From IMG/VR virus record IMGVR_UViG_3300027756_000004: DNA of 64,000 bases, one strand, 5' to 3'. The DNA comes from a virus. Shown piece by piece: positions 45,581 to 57,500 of this stretch (the first letter of the stretch is position 1; each line of letters starts with the position of its first letter). Under the pieces are notes generated by a model, which did no database searches, had not been told where the DNA came from, and saw only the letters and a program-made list of their open reading frames with translations. The translations under genes and the position numbers were made by a program.

Positions 45581-48500
45581 TTATTGCGGCAAACTCACTT
45601 CTTTTGCACGCAAGAATCTTGCTATATCATTCTCTGTTTGACTCAATGCTGTGTATGCATTCCACACTCTGCCTAGTCTACGCACCACTGTAATACGGGT
45701 ATTTATAGGGGGAGCAACAGTTAGTGCTAAGGTAGTGGAACTGCCAGTCACACTGAATTCTGCTGGTAAAATTACATCTGCCTCTGGACTGTCCATGCCC
45801 AAAGTGGCATTATATTGCCTTATACTGTTTTTTCTCAATCTTTTGCCCGCCACAAACACTTCAAACTCATTTACCGATCTAGGTATCCAACTTAGCGTTA
45901 AATTTTCAGTGGATCCGTCACTATTAAAAACTTCAGTGACTGTTTCATCACTGTAAGGAACAGTTTGAAACGCAGATTGATCAAACACTTCAGTGCCCAC
46001 AGCATACAAAGATTTAATACCAGTACCCAGTGTACCGCGTCTCAACTGTGCCAATCTGTTGTCAAGTTTTAAAAAATATTCTATTCTTTCACCATCAATA
46101 AACAACACGCCAGGTCTGCCAAAGCTAGGATTCGGCACTGTTAATCCTTGAGTGTTTGCCAAGAATATTTCTTGACTGTACCAGTGAAGTGTTTGCGTAA
46201 GATAATATTTGTAATCATTACCTAAACGTTTAAAATGTGTTCTGTTCAACATGTCTTTAAATTGTCTAAATCCAAATTTCACATTGTATTTGGGTGCAGT
46301 AAAGTGAACAATATCTATCACATCATTCAACTGCAATGGTGTGTTAATTTTTAACAATTGCTGATCATTGGATATTTTGTAATCCACACTTGGTGCAAGA
46401 GTGGTACCATTCACAGATACCCAAACATATTGAGCATCCAAAGCAGGATCACGCAGACGTATTATGCCATTGGTTAAATTTTGATATTCAAAATAATCTT
46501 CACTGTTCACAGTCAATGAACTTCTTGCAACCACATCATAATTGATGCGATCTATTTGCTCCACATCATGATTGGTAAACTGCCATACTTTTATAGTTTG
46601 ACCTATAGTTGGCGCTGTGTCCAAAGTCAACACGTTGCCTACCACTGTGTAGTCACCATCTGAAATCACATAAACTTTTAATTTGTCCCCCACTGTGCCC
46701 ACGCCTGTTTCTAAAACCACGCTGCTGTTGGCACTTTCCCATCTGTATTCAGTAGAAGTAAGTTCTAGGCCATTCAAAAAGGCTCTCACATCAGTTCTTA
46801 AAACAGTGGCCGCCGGTTGTTGCCAATTGTTTAGAGCATATTCTCTTATAGCACTTACATCAAATCTTTCATTGTATCCAGCATTCAGCACACTGTTGCC
46901 TATTTTCACTATCACATTGTGTGTGAGTGGTTCTTGATTGAAAGGAGTAGGACTTAAAGTGTACACAGCAGTGCTGCCGTCACCCAAGAAGTCATCATAG
47001 GTTACTTCGCTGAAAGTTTTGGCTACACTGGCATATATCACATAGGTAATAATGCTGCCTTGAGCTGGTGGCACTGCAAAGTTGATCAATGTTTTGCCAG
47101 TGTATTGATATCCACTGTCGGTTTCTCCCAACACATATGACACAGTTTCTCCATTCACTTTCACATAAGATGATTGATTAGATGTGAATTTGGCTCTGGT
47201 CACAAATATAAATGTGCTGCCATCTCCCAAGAATTGATCAGTGTCTATTATACCTTCACCGTTAATGCTCATAGTGATAATATTGATCTGCGCATTGTTG
47301 GCCGGAGCAGAGTTGAATACCAATGTCTTGGATGGAAAATCTGTAGTGAAATTTGTGTTGCTCACTATTATATTGTTGACTTTGACAAATACAGAGTCTT
47401 GACTCTGTGGTAAAGAATCTATAGTAAATGTAGTGGTAGAACCATTGCCTTTGTAATTGTAGCTGTTAATTCTACTGCCAGTTTCGCCTGATCTGTCATA
47501 CACTTGTATATCCACAGTGTCCAACACTTGTCCTGGCACCAGTTCTTCTGGACCTTTGCTGGTGGTAGGTGTCACAAATCCATCACCATCCACAATGATA
47601 TCTTGAGCTAATATTCCTGTGGCTGTGTTGTAGGCAAGATTTCCACCTTGTAATAATGTGTCATAAGCATCAGGATCTGGCAAGAAACTACCATCACTGC
47701 TGGATTTACGTATCACAATTAGATCATTGTTCACAGTGGGAATAGTTTGTTCATTGATCTGTACCACTGAAGTAGATCCATCGCCAATTATGGTTTTCAT
47801 CAATGCATTCACGTTGGTTACTGGATTCACAGTGCCAAAGTTTGGATCATCTATTCGCACACCATTTTTGTAAATGTTGTAGTTTACACCTGCCGCTAAA
47901 GGTTTACTTAGATTGAAGGTGTTGGTGCTGCCATCCAATCTAAACACTTCGTCTTCAAAAGTTGTATCATAGGTATCCCATGTGGAAGTGAAAAACGGAT
48001 CTGCGTCCCAACCAGCGCCGCCACCAAACGAAAAACTACGCACCTCTACTCCACCATAATCTATACCTTCAATCAGCTGTCCTAAATCTTTGCCCAGTTG
48101 ACCTGTGACTGGATCATACAATAGATTCACTCTGTCTTGAGTCTGCAACACATTGGCATCTATTTCATATTGTATCTGTATGGTGCTGCCTACAGTAGGA
48201 GGTTGAAAAAACGTCACAAATCCTTTGGATCTTATGTAGGATTTGCTGGTGTCCTCTGCATTATTGTACACATATTCACTGAACAACGCTCTTCTTTGAT
48301 TCACTGTCACTGTGATTTTGTTAGATTTAAGATTGATAGGCCATTTTAATAAAAATTTAAGTTGATTTCCTGTGCCCACAAAATTTTCAGTTCTCACAAG
48401 ATCAGTGATCAATAATGTGCCAGTGGTTCTATCAAATTTTACTCTAATGTGCGTGGATTTAATCAAAGCTTCACCCAGCACAGCCACAGCAGTGGCAGTG

Positions 48501-51500
48501 TAACCACCCGCACTCACTGTGCCTTGTATGCTGATTGTTGGAGCTGATATGTATCCTGATCCTTTGTTGGTAATTTCAATACGTGTAACTCTTCCATTGG
48601 TCACGTATGCTGTTGCAGTGGCTCCTGTGCCGCCACCACCTGAAATATGCAACACAGGTATGCCCAAATATCCGCTGCCTGGATTGGAAATTTTAATTTC
48701 TTTAATTTTGAAACCTAAATTATTCAGCCAATGTTTATTTGGATAGGTATCGGCAAGATTATATCCAACCAATTGATCATTAATAATTTTTGCTACACTT
48801 GCTTCTATCTTATTGGTAGCAGCATTGTAAGTGGCTGGTAAATCAAAATCGGTTACGCCAACAGGATCATTGTCAATAGACTCATAGGCACTGATGTATT
48901 CCCTAACTTTGGTCTTGTAAGGTTTTACTTCACTGATGTAATCTTGATAATTTTCTAAATTATCATTTTTGTACACAACTTTTTGGGATAGTTCGCCAAC
49001 ATTGTGTTTGCCTTTGACAAAACTAGTTTTGAATGCCCAATCTACAAAAGACTGTTCATTGAATACATATCTCAAACTAGCAAAGAATAATTGATTGTAT
49101 TCTATTTCTAATTCATCAACAAAAATATAGTCTCTTATGGTTTCTAAAATTATTCTTGTTTCTGCAATGGGTTGAAAATCATAAGTGGCCAAGTCATAAC
49201 TGGTGCTGTTGAATCCTACTGTGACTGAAGCACTAAAATCATATAATTGTTTGGAAAATTGAATGGTACCATTCTGTCTACCCACAGTTTTATAATTTAT
49301 TGTGTAATCCACATTGAGTAGATTGGCTATTTTTTCAAGCAATATCCATCCACCAGTGCCTATGTTTTCAATCTTAACTATGTCACCAATTTCATCGTCT
49401 ATCAGTTGCAATTTGTAACTGTCTGAAACATTATAATTTATTTCAGTAAATTTTCCATAGCCTTCTGCATACCAGTCTATATAATTCCAAAATAAATTTA
49501 CGTTGTATGCTTGCAACATAGTTCTGTTATAAACGCCTTCTACATTGTCCCAACTGTAAATTGCCCATTTACCATTAACATTAGCATCGGATTCAATTAA
49601 CACACTGAATTTTCTTACTTCTATGCGGGTGCTTGTGCTGTAATTACTGCCGCCACGATTTATTAAAACATTGTTAATTTGTCCAGATACATTTATTTGG
49701 AGTGTAAAATCCGCACCAGTGCCTGTACCTGTGGGGTCTATTATTTTATAAGTTGGTGCTACTTTATAGCCACTGCCAGATGCAGTAATAATTACGTTGA
49801 TTATTTTTCCATCTTCAATTACAGGAATTAATGTTGCAGGGGTAACGTTTGCTGTTGCCACAAAAGATAGATCTGCAAATGAATCTCTAGTTAAATCGTA
49901 AAATCGTTTTACGCTGTTAGGTTTTTTTTCTGATTCAGACAACCTACTAATATTATTATTAAAAACTATTAAATTTTTACTGCATACTGCATTTACTCTT
50001 TCAATGGCTTGTTTTAATGCTTCCACACGGTTTACGAACCAACTTTGTCTTGGTTTTCTCAGTGTGCCATATTTGTATTTGACACTTAATTTTTCATCTG
50101 GCACTGTATTGTAATGTTCATCATAACCAATTAAACTATTAAACCACACAGCTTCTATTTCTTTTTTAGGTTTACTGTAGTTAACTCCGTCACTAATCAA
50201 TTGATATTGATTGTGTATGTTAATATTTTTATCTTCTATGTTCCAAAAACTAAAATTAATAGCCACATCTGTATTTTCTAACAAATTGCTTATGTTATGC
50301 AATGAAAATTTATTGTTATTCAATAATGTTACATATCTATAAAATTGTTTTCTTGGGTCTTCTATCAACTGAGCCACATCAAAAGCACTGAGTTTTCTGC
50401 CTTCCATGTTAGGCAATGTTTTTTTGTTCTTTACCCAAAAGTAATATCTATTACTGAAACTTTTGGAAACATAATCATACATACGTCTAATTGCATAAGT
50501 GCTATTATTGTACAATGCAGTACCACTGATGCCTGCCAATATAGATGCAGCCGAATTGCTGGCGCCCAATGTGTTATATTCTTGTGGAGTATAAATGGAT
50601 TCAACCCATTCGCAAACATCTATGGATGATCCTGGAAACATTTTGTTCCAATAATTGTTGGCAAATATAATATTATTTTGATATGCATTATAAAATTTTA
50701 CAGTGCTGAGATTCCACCAGAGTCTACCTACTTGTTCTTTGTTCCAACTGGTCTGTACATCTAATGTGACATCTGTTTGTGCTGCGCTGGTGTACACTGC
50801 TGGATCATAGTTTGTTTTGTAGTATAATTCTTGTTCAGCTGTGCCAGCAATTTTTCCTTGCACTGGATCCAGGTAATCTAGTCTAGAAAGAAGTTTTTTT
50901 GTTTTTACATTGTATAAAAATATTGATTTTACCTTGTTTACGTCTACAGGATACATGGGAGACTTGTGAGAAGCCCATGTGCGTGCATCTGCAGGTTTTC
51001 TAAAATTAATAATTAATCCTTCAGTGTTTGGTGATGCAAGATCATTTATATAATAAGGCAATGATGCATACACATGATTGTCAACTATTTTTAAATTTTT
51101 TCCAAATTCATTAAGATTGGTGTTGTTGATGCTGAATTCATCAGCATATATCAATACTCCATTATAATCTTCATACACGTATATGGATCCTGTGTTGTAA
51201 ACCTTGGTGTTGAATGTGGTGGCACCTCTGTCAAAATATGTTAAGCCTTGATCCAAAGTAAAATTCAATTCTGTGTCACCATTCAAACTGGACACCACTA
51301 AGGTACTGCCATCAAAATCTATGTTGTTTCCAAATCTTTCTGTGGCTTTGGGTTGAGGACTGATTAGTGTTTGTACTGATTGAAACACTCCATTAATTTG
51401 CTTATAAATGTATACTACCCCGCCATCTGTGGTGCTTTGATCTGCACGAGGACTGGACACAGCTAAAAACATTCCGTCGCTGCTGATAGCAATTTTACTG

Positions 51501-54500
51501 GCAAATTCTGTATTGTCTTCTCCGCTGTCTGGTGATACTATAGTTTGTGAAAACTGATATCTGTTATTGATCAATCTATAAACTATTACTTTCTTTTCAA
51601 TGGTGGAATCCAATTGATCATCAATTGACACTGCCAACACTGATCCTGAATCATTTATATCAAATGCCACTCCAAAAGCCAAAGGTGCTTGAATATTTTG
51701 AGTGCTGTCACCTTCAAGAGTAGGAAAGATAACTGGTGGCGATCCTGGAGCGATCCCTTGAGGCACGCCTGGTGGTACAAAACCTAAATAGTCTGTGCCT
51801 TCAGTTTGTGCTTCCCAAAATGTGGCATTAAAGCTGCCAGGTCCTTGAGTGGTTAAACTTTTAAATATGACATCATTATAGGCCACTAAATCATCTGTGT
51901 AATATGTGTCTGTGCTGTCAAATAATCCTGTGTAATTTGCATCCACACTCACTTGAAAATCAAGATTGGCTTTTTTAAAGAAATATAATCTACCAGCACC
52001 TGTGCCACCATTGGTGGTTGCTGTGCCCACAAAAAGCGTGTTCACATTGTTGTGTTGTCTCAGTTTGATGGATGATCCTAACCCTAAAAAATTACCTGCG
52101 CTTGATACTATTGCAGGTTGTGCTGCAGGCACTATAAAATTATTGGTCAAAACGTAGCTGTTGTTGCGTTGACGTTGATACACCAAAAATATACCTTGTT
52201 CAGTCAATCCTGAAGTGTAACCCACCCCAGCAGGTATGTTGAAAGTTTGTACATAATCTCTATTCACTTTGGATGGCACGCTGGCACCTCTGCTAATTCC
52301 ATCCTGCGTGATGTCTTGATATAGATAGTATTCCAAACCATTTATAAAGTGATAAGCACTGTTGCTGGTTGGGGTTAGAACAGCTCCAGCATCAAACACC
52401 AACAATGATCCAGACACTGCATTTTCTAATTCGCTTACTTGTATAATACCCACTGTTCTATTTGGAGTACCCACTAATATCAATGCTGTGCTGGGTCCTA
52501 AAGTGGATCCAAGACTGAACGGACCAGTTTTATTTTTGATGTATATTTGCAACAAATTAAAACCAATCACTTTTACATAGGCCACTTCTGCAGTGTGTCC
52601 TGTGTCATTATCCTGCACTGTGCTGCCTATGGTGGGAATATAGAATAGACCCAATCCATCTGGCTGTGCATCCACTCTTAAAAAACCATTCCACTTGTCA
52701 ATTATTTCATTTACACCATTGAGGTCATTGAAAGGTAAATCTAAAGCAATGGGTTCTATCACTGTGGCAGGAGTACCTGTTAGGATAGTGTTGAACCATA
52801 TACCCACTTCATCATAAGTTGCAGTGGGCAACACATCACTAAACTGTTTAGGCGCTCTCACTAAAAATCTATTGTCAAATACATCTCCCACAAATGTGCT
52901 GTAACCTGATATGGAGAATGTTTTGTAATAACTTAAGATACTCAACTGACTGGCTGAAGTGGCAGCCAACGGTAATCCTGCAGCCTGAGTGGCTATGGTA
53001 TCCAAACTGTTGAAGTAAAGAAAAGCTGTTCTTGGATCACCTGCTTTGATAATATCACGCACCACCAATGAACGCTTGTTGTCAAATTTACCTGAAGTGG
53101 TGCCTGGTGATGGCACATCTATTTTCCACCAACCTGCCACGCTGTCATAATCTTCCAATAAGATACGGGTATAATCCCCCACGGGCGTTGGACCTAATCT
53201 TATCTGTGCAGCGTCCACTAAATTACCTGTGACGTTTTTTAAGTATATGATAGATTGAGTGCCTTGAGTGAATATGTATGCCACTGTGCCATTGGCAGTA
53301 TCTGTGTTCAGCAAATTGCCCACGCTTGGTGCAGTGATTGTCAAATCTATATTGATTATTTGATCTATTTTTTCATCTATTACATGAGGCCCATCAATGA
53401 AAGCCTTGTCAATACCAACCGCATTGCCGCCGAAAGGCACGTTGCCTGTGGGATATTCAGTGGTGAGGTTGTTCCAATATAACACCAGTGTATCACCAAC
53501 TGCACTGCCTCTGTATTGATCTGTGGTGGCTCTTATCAATATATGATCAGCACCCACACCAGTGAAGGTGTAATTGCCTGTGATCATCTGTTTAATTTCT
53601 GGATATGTGCCCGTGCCTGCATCATAATGTGCTTCACTCCAAAAACTGGTGGCACTGAATGTGGTAAAGTCCACTGAAGGATCTTGTCCCAGCACTGGAT
53701 TTACCACACGCCACAATTGTTGTTTATGGAATACTATGTCTCCAATAGCATAAGATGCTGATATATTATATTGACCTTTATAATATGATTTTACGTTGGA
53801 TGCTTTGGGAGCTCCTACCACAAGAATTTTTCCATCTGGACTGATGTCCAATGTTGCGCCGAAATCTGCATTGCCGGTCCATATGTCTTGTGGCACGTCT
53901 ATCACTTGTCTCAGAGTGAATTGTCCAGAATTTGATCCGCGTTGATATACTAAAAGACCAATGTTTTTATCTGCAACCACCATCACATTGTTGCTGTCGT
54001 CCACTGCTATGCTTTGACCATAAGTACCGCTGCTGTTGGTGTTGTAATTTAAAATCTGTTGATGTTTTATAAAAGTTTTTTTATTTTTTAACACTGCCCA
54101 ATCATTTAGATTGTTGTTTTCTATCCAAAATAAATCATTGTCTTTGAATCCAATAAATTCTAATGCTTTTGCATTGATCGCTTGCAGATTACTTAACTTG
54201 GCACTGACAAACTTACCAAGGAATCCATATGAAGATCCGTCGTTGCTTGTGATTTGTGTAGCACCATTTTTAGCACACGTGATTTTGTCTAAGGCCACAC
54301 TTTTAACTTTGAACAATTGTGTGGAGTTTTGTTGTGGAATAGTCACAGAAATTATATCATCCACTGCTAACACAGCAGGCACATTAGTGTTAATAATAAC
54401 GTCATTACCCTGTTCGGCCACAGTGTATATTTTTAATTCTGTTTTCACGTGTTTGTAAATATTCCAGCTCTGTTTGAAAAATCCTATCCACACATATTGT

Positions 54501-57500
54501 CCAAATTTTAATTTGGTGGTATCTATGGACAGTATATCTTCGTATGTTTTCAATGTGAAATTTACATCTTCTGGATCCACGAATCCAGCTGTTTTAACGT
54601 ATTCCTCTTGGTTTAATTTCAAAGGAAATGGTCTGTGATTGTAGTTTATTGTGCGTAAGTAAGTTTCATCAGATTTAATACGTAACACAAAATCAGGATC
54701 TGTGGGACTGGCGTCATCAGTCAATAATACGGGTTGCGGATTTAATCTAAATTTCTTTTCATCCAATAGATACTCAAATTCATCAAATGATTGCGATGCA
54801 CCATACTGTCCAGTTCGGATGGCCCACTCCTCATAAAATTCTATGCTGTCTTTATTAGCACTAGCCAATGAATCAAACATCTTGCTGAGTGCATTCTTAG
54901 TGCCTTTGTCCTGTATGAACCCTTGATAGAATCTATATTGTGCCACATCATCATTGATAATATTTTGTAGATACTCTCTTTTTTGATAGCCTATTAAATG
55001 TTGTGCTAACTTCTGCTGACTTACATCAAAATTATCGGTGTCTAAGTCATAAAAATCACCAAATTGATTGGTTTTGTATTCAAAGTTAGGTCTCAACACA
55101 CTGACTGGTCTTTGATCCAGTTTGTTCCAAAATTTGTTTTCAAAAACATTGCCGCCTTTGACATTCACATTGGCACTGTAAAAAAATTCTTTGTATTTGA
55201 CCACATCACTCATGGAATAATCTGTGTACACTTGCCATTCTTTCACAATAACTTCATCGTACACAAAGCCCGGCACATCCAGTGATCCATTCCAATCGCT
55301 TACTACATATCCTATCACATTGATTCTCTCCTGTCTGTATCCTGGAGCAAGATCATATATTATATCGTTGAATACTGTGACGTTGTCTATCATCACCACA
55401 TGTTCTTTTTGAACCAATGGAATTTTTACAAAATAAATACCTTCGTTGGTATTTTTTGTCGTTAAACTAAAACTATTGCCTTGTCGAACAACCTGTAATC
55501 TTTGCGATATAATTTTCACGCCGTCCGCTCTCAACACTGCATAGTCATAAAAATTATCAAAGATATTATCTGCCACTGTGTATTCAGTTTTTAATTTTAA
55601 AGTATTTGCCGCAGGACTCAATGCCAACACTGCTCCTGATCTCCAATTTTGTGTGGTCCAGAATAAAAATTCTTGAGCACTTAAAAACCAATTTTCTATT
55701 GTGTTAATTTCTTTGTTAAACACATCAAATATAAAACCTTTGGACTCAAGGTATTTTGCATATCCCAATATAAAGTCCACTACTTCTTGCTGCGTGGACA
55801 TTACAGTGCCATAGTCAATTGTAGATACAGTGTCAGTAAAATTTTTGCTAAATGTAGCTACCACGCCACCTTCTGTTGGTAGTTCAGACAATTTTTGGAA
55901 TTTTTTTCCGTCAAATTGATTGTCACTGAAATGATCTATTTTAGCTGAATAAAATTGATTGCGAAATTGTACTATCTGTGTGGCAGTATAACGTTTGCCT
56001 GAGGTCCATATCACATATTGACTGCTGACTGCGCCAATTTTTTTTACTTGGTCATCTGTTTTTTTAATTGGTTCAAAATATTTAAATTTAGGATAGTTAG
56101 AATCATATCCTTTTATCACAAATCCTTTTGCAATTTTTTCAATCACTATGCCACTGTACACTAATACATCTACAGGAGAACTGACATTTAGATGTATGTC
56201 GTAATTTTCTTCTGGCACAAACACATTGCTTTTATTCAAAGGTGATCTACTATCCAGTAACAGTTTAAATTTTTGTTTTTCAGTGAATCCTTTCACTCTA
56301 AATCCTAACTGTTGTGTTAGATTCATCACAGATTCTTTATAATCTGTGTAATTTGTTAACACATCCGTTTTAATATAATTTGCAATGTAGTTGATTAACC
56401 CTGATGTTAACACAAGATTTTCATCGGCTCGACTGTTAGGAAAAATTAAATCTTTTAGAGCAATTCTTTTTTCTGTAACGCTATTCACTATTTCATTGGT
56501 GATATTTTTGGTAATTCTAGATACATCAAAATTTACTCCCATTGTGTATGCTGGTCTATTCAACATCATGGCTTTTAACACAGCGAAAGGATAGTTAGAG
56601 CTGCGTCTCCAAGCAGTTTCCACTGGAGCATGATCACCAAATTTAAATTTTTCAGTGGACAAAGTTAATATAAAATTTTTTGCGTAATTACTTTGTATAG
56701 GACTTAATAATTTTCCATCTTCATCCACAGGCAGATGATTTAACAAATTATCACGTTTGTATCTTTTATCGTAAACTAATTTTTTTCCTGGTTCACGAAT
56801 CACTCCTGCTTGTAAGTCTTCCCAAAGTATTAGATTATCTTTGGTATAAGGAGCAGGTCCGTACTGAGTGTTCCACCATGTAGGTTGTTCACTAAAGCCC
56901 AACATCTCCCAAGGATGACTGTGTGGTCTGTCTGTGTCATAGGCTTGTTTGTAAACGGCTCTCCAAAAACCTGGTAAACTTTTGCCTGTTGGCGACAGCA
57001 TGTGTGAATGATTAAAGGTAAAATCATTCAAACTATCATAGAAAAAGTTATCTGTGTAGTCTGATGCACCTGCTACACTATTCCATCTAATAAAATCATC
57101 TATAATAGATTGATCAATATTTTCAATTTTATAGACTGTGTCTCTGTATGTGCTTGGAATAAAATCATGCACGTTCCTTATATCTTTGTCGTATTGTATC
57201 TTAATGTTATTGTAGATTCTTTTTTCAAGTTCTAATAATAGATTATCTCTATAATCTCCATAAGCCACCATTAAACTGCCGTCATGCCCTTGCAACACTG
57301 CTACTGGGTTTACAAGAGTATCATCTTGATATATTACAGGTTTGTATTTAGGATACATTCCCAGTTTGGTTGGTGTGGCAGGCACATGGTTGCCAATTGT
57401 ACTTTCATATTCAAATATCTCCACTAAATCATTCTCTGATAACGATTTAGATATTACACAGAAATTTTCATTATTAAAGGTATAATCAGAGCCATGCAAT